Part shown: positions 47,535 to 57,471 of the stretch, in pieces | How positions within the stretch are numbered: position 1 is the first letter of the stretch | How the letters are laid out: every line of letters begins with the position of its first letter | Assembly (NCBI GenBank): GCA_037481815.1 | Contig: JBBFKX010000002.1 | Coordinates: 224,001 to 288,000, forward strand | DNA: 64,000 nt | From: a candidate division WOR-3 bacterium | GTDB lineage: Bacteria > Hydrothermota > 32-111 | Direction: 5' to 3' | The notes under the pieces: generated by a model | What the model was told of the DNA's origin: nothing | Seen by the model: only the letters and a program-made list of their open reading frames with translations | Database searches by the model: none | Translations under genes and position numbers: made by a program

Positions 47535-48543
47535 AAAAGAAAATCGAAAAATACTGATCTGTGCCGGAGGAACAGGAGGCCATATAATACCTGCCATAAC
47601 TTTGGGAAAAAATTTGACAGGTTATGATGTTTTTTACATCTGTGGAAACAGAGATATAGAAAGAAAAATTTATAAAACTTTCGATCTTAATCCAACTGTT
47701 CTTGATATAAAATCTTTTAATCCGTTTTCTTACATCTTAAAATTCCCATCTCTGCTGTTCGATTCCCTTAAAATCGTATCATCAATAAATCCGAGAACCG
47801 TAATGATCACAGGAAACTATATTTCATTTTCAGTTGGTCTTGCAGCCTTGTTATTCGGGAAAAAAATTATCATTCTCGAGCAGGATGCTATAATTGGAAA
47901 AACGAACAAAATATTTTCATTTTTCTCATATAAAATTTTTACAGGATTTCCTGCGCCTTTTAGATATGTAAACAACAAAAAAATAATTCATATAGGTCAT
48001 ATACTAAGAGAGAATATTTTTGAATTTTCAAAAGATAACAATCTTATTATCGATTCAACCAAGAAAACGATTCTTATATTTGGTGGGAGCCAGGGTGCAA
48101 AAAATGTCGCAAAAAAAGTTCTGGATTTCCTTTGTCCTTTAAATGAAATTTATAACATAATTCTTGTTGCGGGAAACCATTATGATGATTTTAAAAAATA
48201 CAAAAATATTACAGTGCTTCCATTCTATGAGAATATGGGTTACCTGTATTCGATATCAGATATAGTCATTTCAAGAAGTGGAGCAATTTCGGTTGCTGAA
48301 ATAAAGGCTTTAAATAAAAAAGTGATCTTCATACCTTTCGAAAGTGCATCAAACAAAGAACAGATTATTAACATTAAAAAAATTAATCTTGACCCAAACA
48401 GATTTATAGTGATTAGAGAAAAAAAATTATCAAAAGAAAATTTAATATCTTCTATTGAAAAACTTTTGTCCATTAAAAATGAAAATAAAAGTTTTTATAA
48501 CGATTTGTATAAACAGATCGGGATGGTAAAGCAATATGTTTAG
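47524..48543 (+). CDS. murG: MurG glycosyltransferase
   Basis: GGTGGHIIPA, EQD, GGSQGA, ISRSGA, EQ..N. Confidence 0.92.
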   Translation: MSFKKENRKILICAGGTGGHIIPAITLGKNLTGYDVFYICGNRDIERKIYKTFDLNPTVLDIKSFNPFSYILKFPSLLFDSLKIVSSINPRTVMITGNYISFSVGLAALLFGKKIIILEQDAIIGKTNKIFSFFSYKIFTGFPAPFRYVNNKKIIHIGHILRENIFEFSKDNNLIIDSTKKTILIFGGSQGAKNVAKKVLDFLCPLNEIYNIILVAGNHYDDFKKYKNITVLPFYENMGYLYSISDIVISRSGAISVAEIKALNKKVIFIPFESASNKEQIINIKKINLDPNRFIVIREKKLSKENLISSIEKLLSIKNENKSFYNDLYKQIGMVKQYV

Positions 48544-49924
48544 AAATATTGAAAACATTCATTTTGTTGGAATAGGTGGAATAGGAATGAGCGGTATCGC
48601 TGAGGTACTTGCAGGAATGGGTTATAAGATAACTGGATCAGATATTAAAGATTCACCGATCATCCAGCATCTAAGAGATATCGGAATTACCGTTTATATT
48701 GGACACAGATGGGAAAACGTTGTTAATGCTGATGTTGTGGTTTATTCATCCGCTGTAAAGATGGACAATGTTGAACTCGTTTATGCCATAAAAGAAAAAA
48801 TTCCTGTGATACAGAGAGCAGAGATGCTCGCAGAACTCATGAGAATGAAGTTTTCCATAGGTGTTGCTGGGACACATGGAAAAACAACAACAACTTCATT
48901 GATCGCTTCAATTTTTAAAAAAGCAAAACTTGATCCAACATTGATAATCGGTGGACAGGTGAAAATATTTTCCGATTCGAACGCTACACTTGGAAAAGGA
49001 GATTATCTGATAGCAGAAGCGGATGAAAGTGATAAGTCATTTTTAAAATTATTCCCATCCATAGCTGTTATAACCAATATAGATGAAGATCATCTCGATA
49101 ATTATACAGATATAAATGAAATAAAAGAACATTTTGTAAAATTTGCCAACTCTGTTCCCTTCTATGGTTGTGTTGTTATCTGCATAGACGATCTTAACAA
49201 TAATGAGATTATTCCCAAAATTGAAAAGAAAATCATCACCTATGGATTTTTAAGAAAAGCCGATGTAAAAGCAATCAATGTGAAGATGGGAGTTCTAAAC
49301 TCTTCCTATACAATGGTTTTTAAAAACATGCCTATAGGTGAAATCCAGTTAAATATCCCGGGGAAACATAACATTTTAAACTCCCTTGCTGCTGTTTCTG
49401 TTGCGATCGAAATGGGGATACCATACAAAACAATATTTGAGGGAATAAAAGATTTTACAGGTGTAAAAAGACGATTTGAAATCATTTATAAAAATGAAGA
49501 AAAAGATATCTATGTGATTGACGATTATGCACATCATCCGAATGAAATATTTACCGTTATCAGTTCCGCTAAGAATATGGGAGATTATAAACTCATAACG
49601 ATCTTTCAACCACATTTGTATTCAAGAACAATGAAACTTTTAAACCAGTTTGCCGAAATTCTTTCAAAATCTGATATAACCATAGTTACAGATATATATC
49701 CCGCCAGAGAATTACCAATAAAAGGGGTCTCTGGAGCAAATCTTTACGAGGAGATAAAAAAACTTAAAAGTGATGATGTTTACTATGTTGAAGATAAAAA
49801 TAGGATAAAAGATTTTTTAAAAGATTTTATAAATGAAAAAACTGTATTTCTCTTCATCGGTGCAGGAGATATAAACAATTATTCAAGAGCTTTCGTAGAG
49901 GAACTAAAGAATGAAAATCTATAA
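48536..49924 (+). CDS. murC: MurC, L-alanine ligase
   Basis: HFVGIGGIGMSGIA, AGTHGKTTTT, EADESD, DDYAHHP.E, FQPH, GAGDI. Confidence 0.97.
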   Translation: MFRNIENIHFVGIGGIGMSGIAEVLAGMGYKITGSDIKDSPIIQHLRDIGITVYIGHRWENVVNADVVVYSSAVKMDNVELVYAIKEKIPVIQRAEMLAELMRMKFSIGVAGTHGKTTTTSLIASIFKKAKLDPTLIIGGQVKIFSDSNATLGKGDYLIAEADESDKSFLKLFPSIAVITNIDEDHLDNYTDINEIKEHFVKFANSVPFYGCVVICIDDLNNNEIIPKIEKKIITYGFLRKADVKAINVKMGVLNSSYTMVFKNMPIGEIQLNIPGKHNILNSLAAVSVAIEMGIPYKTIFEGIKDFTGVKRRFEIIYKNEEKDIYVIDDYAHHPNEIFTVISSAKNMGDYKLITIFQPHLYSRTMKLLNQFAEILSKSDITIVTDIYPARELPIKGVSGANLYEEIKKLKSDDVYYVEDKNRIKDFLKDFINEKTVFLFIGAGDINNYSRAFVEELKNENL

Positions 49925-50732
49925 AAATTTTGATTTTTCAAAAATATCTTACATCGGTATAGGACCCAGAGGAAAACTATTCGTTGTAGAAAATTCAAAC
50001 GATCTTTTACAAATCAACAGTTCACAAGAGACAAAAGTGCTGGGAAACTGTTCAAAAATTCTTTTTTCTAAAAAAAAATATGGATACACTTTTTATAGAC
50101 TCGGCGGTGACTTTTTAAAAATAGAAAAACTTGATGATGAAAAAATCAGAGTCGGGGGAGGAGTCCTATTTGTTAATTTAATGAACTTTTTGATAAAAGA
50201 GAATCTATCGGGATTTGAAGAACTTGTTGGAATACCGGGAACAATTGGAGGAATGATTAAAATGAATGCTGGGGCTTTTGGAAAAAATATTTCAAACAAC
50301 CTTATTTCCATAGAAACCATCGAAGGTAAAAAGGATAAAAAAGATCTTGTTTTTTCTTATCGAAAATCAAACATAAACTATCCTATCACCTTTGCAGTTT
50401 TCAAATTTGAAAAAAGCAAAAAAACTATAATACTTAAAAATATTGAAGAGTTTGTGAAACTTAGAAGGAAAAACCAACCCAAAGACATCAGGACCCTGGG
50501 TTCAACTTTCAAAAATCCATCTCCTGATCTTCCAGCATGGAAACTTATCGATGAAGTTGGATTAAGAGGTTTTTGTATCAACGATATTTGTGTTTCAGAA
50601 AAACACACAAATTTCATAATCAACAAAGGAAAAGGAGATGGCAAAAGTTTTTTAAAAATGATCTCTTTGATACAGAAAAAAGTTTATGATGAAAAAAAAG
50701 TAAAACTGGAGCTTGAAGTTGAGGTACTATAG
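49911..50732 (+). CDS. murB: UDP-N-acetylenolpyruvoylglucosamine reductase
   Basis: GIPGTIGG...MNAGA, FSYR.S, QP....GSTFKNP, SEKH.NFIIN, LELEV. Confidence 0.92.
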   Translation: MKIYKNFDFSKISYIGIGPRGKLFVVENSNDLLQINSSQETKVLGNCSKILFSKKKYGYTFYRLGGDFLKIEKLDDEKIRVGGGVLFVNLMNFLIKENLSGFEELVGIPGTIGGMIKMNAGAFGKNISNNLISIETIEGKKDKKDLVFSYRKSNINYPITFAVFKFEKSKKTIILKNIEEFVKLRRKNQPKDIRTLGSTFKNPSPDLPAWKLIDEVGLRGFCINDICVSEKHTNFIINKGKGDGKSFLKMISLIQKKVYDEKKVKLELEVEVL

Positions 50733-51453
50733 CGGGAAATACGATCTTCTTCTGAGAGAAAAAGAAAACAAAAAAAGTAAAGGGAAAAAAAGGATTAAAC
50801 GTTTTTTCGTAAAAATCATAAAACTTTTTGTAATTGTAATGTTAATTACACTAACAATTATTTTTATAAAAAATAAATTAATCAATATGAAAATTTTTAA
50901 AGTAAAAGACATAGAATTAAAAGTAGTTAATGAAAAGATTTATCTTGACAGTAAACCTTTTAAAAATATCGTGGGAGAAAATATTTTTAAAATAAAACCT
51001 GAAAAAATCAATGAAATTGTAAATATGAATTATAATGACTTTAAAGTAAAAAATATAAAAAAGAGTTTTCCTTCAAAACTGGAAATCATAGTTTACAGGA
51101 AAATACCTCTTCTTCTGTTGGATAATGATCTTGTGATATACCAGGATATGGAAATAGGCTCAAGCAATAAATACTCTGTAGCAAATTATATATTCGTTGA
51201 AACCGATGAAAAGAATATAAGGTCGCTTTACGATATTCCTGGTCTTCCAACGATTTTCTCCGATCTTATAAGAGAAAAGGATAACATAAAAAAAATATGT
51301 TTTACAGAGAAAGAAATAAAAGTTTACACAAAGAGCAATAAATCGCTAATCATTAATAGAGGTGATAGGATACCAAAGTTAAAAGAATTTGAAAATATCG
51401 AATATAAAATTTTTGATCTAAGATTTAAAAATGGAATATATGTAAAAAAATAA
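50713..51453 (+). CDS. ftsQ: cell division protein FtsQ/DivIB-like
   Basis: Basic N-terminus, TM, POTRA-like segment (KKSFPSKLEI), C-terminal DLRF; position before ftsA; TTG start uncertain. Confidence 0.7.
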   Translation: MKLRYYSGKYDLLLREKENKKSKGKKRIKRFFVKIIKLFVIVMLITLTIIFIKNKLINMKIFKVKDIELKVVNEKIYLDSKPFKNIVGENIFKIKPEKINEIVNMNYNDFKVKNIKKSFPSKLEIIVYRKIPLLLLDNDLVIYQDMEIGSSNKYSVANYIFVETDEKNIRSLYDIPGLPTIFSDLIREKDNIKKICFTEKEIKVYTKSNKSLIINRGDRIPKLKEFENIEYKIFDLRFKNGIYVKK

Positions 51454-51470
51454 ATAAAAGAGAGGTAAAT

Positions 51471-52694
51471 ATGGTGATCACTGTATTGGATATCGGAACA
51501 TCTACTGTAAAAACACTTATCGCAACACTTGAAGAAGAAAATACAATAAATCTTCGAGGTGTTGGAGAATCCTCGAAACATAAAATGTACAAATCGAAAA
51601 TTACCGATGTAGAATCAACTGTTTCTGCAATAAAAGATTCTATGCTGAAAGCAGAAGTGATGGCAGGTCTAAAACCTGATAACATTTATGCTTCCATCGG
51701 TGGAGTTGAAACAAAAGGTATTACAGGAAAGGGAACGATCGCATTACCGAAACAAAATGCTGTGATAACTGAAGGTGATGTTATTAGGGCTATAAGCCAG
51801 AGCAAGGTTATGTCTATAGGAGACAATCCTATAATACATGTGATCGAAAGGAATTTTACAGTTGACACACAGGAAAACATAAAAAATCCGATTGGACTTA
51901 TTGGGTCAAAACTTTTATGTGAAACCATGTTGATAACTATTCCATCACTTATAATTCAAAATTATAGCAATGTTATAGAGAGAGCTGGTTATCGGGTTGA
52001 GGATTATATTTCACAACATATTGCTGCTTCTTATTCTGTTCTTTCAGAAGAGGAAAAAGAACTTGGGGTTGCATTAATAGATATTGGGGGTGGAACAACA
52101 AAGATTACTATTTTTACCGACTCAGTTATCAGAGAGATCGACACGATAGAAATAGGCGGTATGAATATAACAAAAGATATTTCTATCGGATTAAGATTAA
52201 CAAACAGTGAATCGGAAAATGTTAAAAAGAAATATGGAAGTTGCATCAAAGATAATATAAATCCAGAAGAAAAATTTAAAGTAAAAGGTTTAACAGATAA
52301 TGAAGAAAGAGAGATAAGTTCTCTTGAACTTTATGAAATCATAGCACCAAGGGTTGATGAACTTATAGAGTTTATACAACAATCTTTGGCATCATCACAA
52401 CTTTTTGACAAACTGAATGCGGGACTCGTTTTAACCGGAGGAACAGCAAATCTAAAAGGGATCAAAGAAAGATTCGAAAGAAAAATGAATCTTCCAGTAA
52501 AAATAGGATATCCAAAATTGAATGTAGGAATGTCAGAGCAGATAAAGGATCCTTCATTTGCTGTTGCCTGTGGAATACTGGAGTATGTATCACTCCAATA
52601 TTCAAGTAAAGGATTCTCAGGCAAAAAGAAAGTGAATCTTTCAGCATCTTTTTCAAAAGTTTTTAATACGATAAAAGATCTTTTTAAATTATAA
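51471..52694 (+). CDS. ftsA: cell division protein FtsA
   Basis: LDIGTS, EKELGVALIDIGGGTT, GG..IT.DI, VLTGG, C-terminal amphipathic helix. Confidence 0.95.
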   Translation: MVITVLDIGTSTVKTLIATLEEENTINLRGVGESSKHKMYKSKITDVESTVSAIKDSMLKAEVMAGLKPDNIYASIGGVETKGITGKGTIALPKQNAVITEGDVIRAISQSKVMSIGDNPIIHVIERNFTVDTQENIKNPIGLIGSKLLCETMLITIPSLIIQNYSNVIERAGYRVEDYISQHIAASYSVLSEEEKELGVALIDIGGGTTKITIFTDSVIREIDTIEIGGMNITKDISIGLRLTNSESENVKKKYGSCIKDNINPEEKFKVKGLTDNEEREISSLELYEIIAPRVDELIEFIQQSLASSQLFDKLNAGLVLTGGTANLKGIKERFERKMNLPVKIGYPKLNVGMSEQIKDPSFAVACGILEYVSLQYSSKGFSGKKKVNLSASFSKVFNTIKDLFKL

Positions 52695-52708
52695 AAAGGG
52701 GGAGAAAA

Positions 52709-53824
52709 ATGTTTATGCCAGTTAACGATCAAATTCAACCAGCCAAAATAAAAGTGCTGGGAATCGGAGGTGCAGGAGGAAACGCAGTCAACAGAATGAT
52801 AAACTACAAATTTACAGGCGTCGATTTCATCTCAATAAATACTGATCTTCAAATTTTGAGTTTGTCAAAGGCACCAACAAAAATTCAAATCGGAAGATCA
52901 ATCGCCAAGGGTCTCGGTGGAGGCGGAGATCCAGAAATTGGTAAAAAAGCAGCAGAGGAAAACAAAGATGAAATAAAAAAAGTTCTTGAAGGAAGTGATC
53001 TTGTATTTATTACAGCCGGAATGGGTGGTGCGACGGGAACAGGTGCGAGTCCTGTTGTTGCTGAAATCGCCAAAGAACTTGGAATTCTTACAATTGCAAT
53101 AGTTACAAGACCTTTCCTTTTTGAGGGTAAAAAAAGAAACGAAGCAGCAGATATTGGAATCAGAAAATTGAAAGAGATAGTAGATACCATGATCGTTGTT
53201 CCAAATGAAAAATTAAAAATGATATGTGATAGATCAACACCTTTGAACATGCTATTTGAAAGCGCAGACAATGTCTTATATCAGGCAACAAAAGGAATAT
53301 CCGATATAATCACAAGAGCTGGATACATCAACAGAGATTTCGCAGATGTAAAAAGTATTATGTCTCATAGAGGTGATGCGATAATAGGTGTCGGAAGTGC
53401 AAAAGGGGATGATAAGGGAGCGAGCGCCGCACAGATAGCTCTTGACTGTCCAATTCTTGAAGATGCATCTATAGATAAAGCATCAGCGATTCTTTTATCA
53501 ATTACAGGACCAGAAAGACTCGCATGGGGGGATGTTGAGGATGCCATAGAGATAATCAAGAAAAGAACGAATAATAACGATATCAATCTAACTTGGGGTG
53601 TAATATATGACAACAATATCGAAGATGAAGTTAGAATTACGATCGTCGCAACAGGTATAAATGGAAATACTGATAAAAAACCAGAAAAAGCAGAAGCTTT
53701 GGAACTTTTTTCTGACAACAGAGATGTAAAAGAAAGTTTTGAAGATAAATTTACAGTAAAAAGAAACTATTCAAAAGAAGAGGATATCGAAAAACCTGCA
53801 TTTCTTAGAAGAGCAAGTGATTAA
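52709..53824 (+). CDS. ftsZ: cell division protein FtsZ
   Basis: IKVLGIGGAGGNAVNRM, NTD, AGMGGATGTG, PF.FEG, N.DFADV, C-terminal IEKPAFLR. Confidence 0.97.
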   Translation: MFMPVNDQIQPAKIKVLGIGGAGGNAVNRMINYKFTGVDFISINTDLQILSLSKAPTKIQIGRSIAKGLGGGGDPEIGKKAAEENKDEIKKVLEGSDLVFITAGMGGATGTGASPVVAEIAKELGILTIAIVTRPFLFEGKKRNEAADIGIRKLKEIVDTMIVVPNEKLKMICDRSTPLNMLFESADNVLYQATKGISDIITRAGYINRDFADVKSIMSHRGDAIIGVGSAKGDDKGASAAQIALDCPILEDASIDKASAILLSITGPERLAWGDVEDAIEIIKKRTNNNDINLTWGVIYDNNIEDEVRITIVATGINGNTDKKPEKAEALELFSDNRDVKESFEDKFTVKRNYSKEEDIEKPAFLRRASD

Positions 53825-54897
53825 AACTTTTTACCTCCCCCACGGTGGGAAGGAGAGTCCTTCCCACCTATAAAAGATATAAAATCTTCTTTTATCCTTT
53901 TATTTGAGAAGTGTTTTAAAACAACTCTTTGACAGTTAGTAGAAACTTTATTAAGATTTTCCTTATTATAAAATTCAAAAAATTTTTTTGTGATAACTTC
54001 TGGATCATAGTGATCAAAAACCAATCCGTTGTAACCAGTTTTCACATAATCATCCATTCCGTTTCCCTTCAAAATTAATGGTATAACACCAAAAGACATA
54101 CTTTCCGCTACAACTCTTGAAAATGTTTCTGTTCTCCTGTTAAAAAATAACAGAAAAGAACTTAACGATAAAACATTTTCAATCTCTTCATAACTTTTAA
54201 AAATCACATTTTTAAAATCACAGTTTTTTCGGTATTCATTTCCGAAAAAACTCTCTCTCCTGGTTACGATTACTAATTTAGTATCACTTAAGATACTGTT
54301 GATTTTTTCAAAAACTTCAAAAACTCTATCGTATCCTTTTTCAAATGTTGGATCACCGAAATACAAAAAAATTTTAAAATCCTTTTTACTTTCTCTTATT
54401 CTATCAACGATATTGTACAGAACTTTTCCTTTTCTTAATCCATATCTTTTTTTTAAAAAATTGGAGTTAAAAATCGTTTGGTACGAAAAAGTATAAATAA
54501 ATCTTTTTAATACTCTTATTATTCCGTTTTCATACATATCTCGTTCCAAAATGATCCACCTGAAATTACGATATTTTATCTTGTACAGAAAAACTAAAAT
54601 GTGTGATTTAAAAGTATTTGAAACGATCATCTCTGAATTCATATCGATCATTTTCAACACACACGTTATTTCCTTTAAGAAGAGAATAAAATTTCTTAAT
54701 TCTTTTTTTAAAAGAAGTGTCTCCTTTTTTATAGAGATTTCTTCAACTTTAACATTTTTGTGAAAATTCCATATATTCTTATCACCAACTATCACATTAA
54801 TATCAAAATCATCAACAAGAGAATTTATCAACTTTTCGAGAGATATTTCAGCTCCACCTTTATATGGTGAGATATCAACAAATGTAATCCTTTTCAT
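53821..54897 (-). CDS. glycosyltransferase, GT4 family
   Basis: GGAEISL near the N-terminus, EKG, ETFSRVVAESMSFG.....G, NGLVF. Confidence 0.85.
   Translation of the reverse strand: MKRITFVDISPYKGGAEISLEKLINSLVDDFDINVIVGDKNIWNFHKNVKVEEISIKKETLLLKKELRNFILFLKEITCVLKMIDMNSEMIVSNTFKSHILVFLYKIKYRNFRWIILERDMYENGIIRVLKRFIYTFSYQTIFNSNFLKKRYGLRKGKVLYNIVDRIRESKKDFKIFLYFGDPTFEKGYDRVFEVFEKINSILSDTKLVIVTRRESFFGNEYRKNCDFKNVIFKSYEEIENVLSLSSFLLFFNRRTETFSRVVAESMSFGVIPLILKGNGMDDYVKTGYNGLVFDHYDPEVITKKFFEFYNKENLNKVSTNCQRVVLKHFSNKRIKEDFISFIGGKDSPSHRGGGKKF
53844..53868. terminator. GC-rich hairpin at the convergence of the dcw and polysaccharide operons
   Basis: Perfect 11-bp stem GGTGGGAAGGA-GAG-TCCTTCCCACC, 20 nt after the ftsZ stop; no clear U-tract. 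Confidence 0.45.
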
Positions 54898-56177
54898 AAT
54901 TTTTCTAAAATTTTTTCAACAATAAAATTCGAAGAAGTTTCACCAAAATATTCTACAAAAAAATTTAATTTATTCTCAACATAATCTTTCTCAAAATTTT
55001 TTTCAGACAATCTTCCATACAACTCTATAAAATCATTTTCATCTGAAACTATTTCCGCCATCCCACTTTTTGTTAACCCTAAAAAATCACCTCTGTTAAG
55101 AAAATCGAACAATATTACAGGTTTGCAGAAAAACATAGCTTCGAGTAATGCTGTTGAATAAAAACCTGAAACAATTTTAGATCTTTCTATAAACCTCTTA
55201 ATTTTTCCTTTCCCCCATTTTATAAGTTTATCTTCTGAAAAAATTTTTTTTAAAAAACGAATGTTGTATTCATTTCTTAGATACACTTTAAAGTTTACAT
55301 CCAACCTTTCAAACATTTTTGCAATTTTTTTATATACGTATTCAAATTCTTCTTCAAAGCCTAAAAACTGTTGATCTATCAAAAGGAGATCTATTTCTTC
55401 TTCAGTTTTATCACATTTGATTTCAAAAGTGGGGTTTCCTCCGATTATGATTCTATTTTCGGGAATAAAATTTTTCAAATAAATATATGACGCCTTTCCC
55501 CAGCACACAAAAAAATCAGCATTCAAAGGAGCAAAAGATTCTTTGATCATAGGTAAACTGCTCTCAAAAATTGGTGTAATCCCATGTTGAAAAACAAATG
55601 TTTTTATACCCTCTTTTTTGAAATGCTCAATAAGGACCTTCTTAAATTTTGTTCTGTCCTCATCTACCAATACGAACAAGGGCAAATTTTTTGAAAAATA
55701 TTTTTGAAGCATTTTTTTAAATCTTTCAAGATCATAGTAGTTGTCCTGAATTATATCTTTATAGAGATTTTCAATTTCATGTTCACCATCAAATTTTTTA
55801 ATTGAAATGGGAAATCTTCCCATTCTTGAATAAACCAGGTTCCGTTCATCAGAAAATCCAAAAGGACTGCTTGTGATCCTTACAGTTATATTATTTATCT
55901 TTTTTTCAAAAAACTTGTCAATTATGCCAAATGGAAGGTTTCCAAAACTTAAAAAAAATGGTTCTTTTGGATTTTTAATTTTCAGATTCACGGAAAATAA
56001 ATTTTTTTTCTTCTTCCTATATATAAAATTTTCGGAAAAACTGTCATAAGTTGCCCATAACAAAGAATATCGCAAATTCTTAAATTCGGGATAGAGATTT
56101 ATAAAATGTTCAACCTTTTCAACTGACAGAATATATTTTTTTCTCTGATCTTCTTTAATCGATTTAATATCCATCAT
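54894..56177 (-). CDS. surface polysaccharide biosynthesis protein (GT-B-like)
   Basis: QHG, D....WG, G.P.F, STALLEAM...KPV; within the wzx/wzy block; ATG at 56177 follows GAGG. Confidence 0.55.
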   Translation of the reverse strand: MMDIKSIKEDQRKKYILSVEKVEHFINLYPEFKNLRYSLLWATYDSFSENFIYRKKKKNLFSVNLKIKNPKEPFFLSFGNLPFGIIDKFFEKKINNITVRITSSPFGFSDERNLVYSRMGRFPISIKKFDGEHEIENLYKDIIQDNYYDLERFKKMLQKYFSKNLPLFVLVDEDRTKFKKVLIEHFKKEGIKTFVFQHGITPIFESSLPMIKESFAPLNADFFVCWGKASYIYLKNFIPENRIIIGGNPTFEIKCDKTEEEIDLLLIDQQFLGFEEEFEYVYKKIAKMFERLDVNFKVYLRNEYNIRFLKKIFSEDKLIKWGKGKIKRFIERSKIVSGFYSTALLEAMFFCKPVILFDFLNRGDFLGLTKSGMAEIVSDENDFIELYGRLSEKNFEKDYVENKLNFFVEYFGETSSNFIVEKILEKL

Positions 56178-57471
56178 ATTCCTCAAATATAATTTTTAAA
56201 ATGACCGGTAAAACAAAATGAAAATTGAACAGGGACGAAAAAACAAATAGAAAAATATAAAAAATTGTGAAAATGTTGATTTTTCTTATAAGTATCAAAA
56301 GTGAAAGCACAAAATATAAAACGAAAACGAAACCGCCAGAGAATAAAAGGTTCAAGAAACTCGTTTCATAAATATTTTTATCAATGTTTTTATCAAGAGC
56401 TTTACTTGAAAGATACAAACCATCTCCAAAAGGTTTCCTCTTTAAATTAACGATATCATTTTTCACTTTTTGTATCCTGTTTTTCAGAGAATATGTTTCA
56501 AAATTCTTTATAAATGGTTCAACATTATGCTTTAAGATCGTTTTGAATCTGCTATCATGCTTATACACTGTTGTATCAATCTTGATAAAAATTAGTAAAA
56601 ATTCATAGAAAATTAAAAAAAATAAAAAAACAATAAAAAAAGTTCTGTATTTCTTTTCAAATAAAAGAAAAACAAAAAACATAAATATTACAATAAACAT
56701 AGATGTTCGAAACGAAAAAATTACTATGAGAAAAAATGAAATCAAAGAAAAAAGGATAGAAAATCTATTTTTATTTTTAAGAAAGACAATAAAGGATAAA
56801 GCAAGAAAACAAGAAAATTCCTCAACTGACGAAAAAGTTGAAAAAGGTCTATAATAGTTACCAAGTTTTAAAGATGTATATTGGTAAAAAGAGACATTCT
56901 TAACATAAAACATATCGGATAAAAAATAAATGTTAAAATATTGTAACAATGCATAAAAAACTGTAAAGGTAAAAAAGTAAACAAAAAGTCTGTTAAACAA
57001 AATAGTAAATTTTTTAAAATTTAAAAAAAAGAAAAAAGGAAAAATATAAAGATTCACAAGAACAAAAAAATCAAAAATATCTATTTTCAAAGGCAAAATT
57101 ATCATATAAATGATCATAAGGGAGTGAATCAATAAAAACAGTTTCAGTTCCTTTGTTAAACCTAAAATTGAAAAAAAGATTTCTTTTAAATAGAACATAA
57201 CATACAGAAAAGGTATAAGAAAAACAAGATTATAAGGATATCCTGATGTGAAAAAATAGAACAACCTTGAAAAGAATCCGTATAACAATAAAAAGACTAA
57301 AAAATAAATATTATTTTTATTTTTTTCATCAAAAAAAACTATAATAAAAAACAATACCAGAGGAAAAACAAAAAATAAATTTTTTTCCTTAACCGCAAGG
57401 AATACATAAAAAGATGTTGCTATAAAAAGCGATCCCAGTTTAAAGATATTTGAATAATCTAACCTTTTCAT
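56164..57471 (-). CDS. O-antigen polymerase/ligase-like membrane protein (Wzy-like)
   Basis: Many TM helices, YALLQY, RPFSTF, SFRT, periplasmic loop with PFG.G; polysaccharide gene context. Confidence 0.6.
   Translation of the reverse strand: MKRLDYSNIFKLGSLFIATSFYVFLAVKEKNLFFVFPLVLFFIIVFFDEKNKNNIYFLVFLLLYGFFSRLFYFFTSGYPYNLVFLIPFLYVMFYLKEIFFSILGLTKELKLFLLIHSLMIIYMIILPLKIDIFDFFVLVNLYIFPFFFFLNFKKFTILFNRLFVYFFTFTVFYALLQYFNIYFLSDMFYVKNVSFYQYTSLKLGNYYRPFSTFSSVEEFSCFLALSFIVFLKNKNRFSILFSLISFFLIVIFSFRTSMFIVIFMFFVFLLFEKKYRTFFIVFLFFLIFYEFLLIFIKIDTTVYKHDSRFKTILKHNVEPFIKNFETYSLKNRIQKVKNDIVNLKRKPFGDGLYLSSKALDKNIDKNIYETSFLNLLFSGGFVFVLYFVLSLLILIRKINIFTIFYIFLFVFSSLFNFHFVLPVILKIIFEEYDGY

Noticed and set aside
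49911..51453. Absence of ddl between murB and ftsQ as a sign of unusual peptidoglycan
   Set aside because: ddl is often located outside the dcw cluster; murF and the DNPR motif of murE indicate ordinary DAP-type peptidoglycan.
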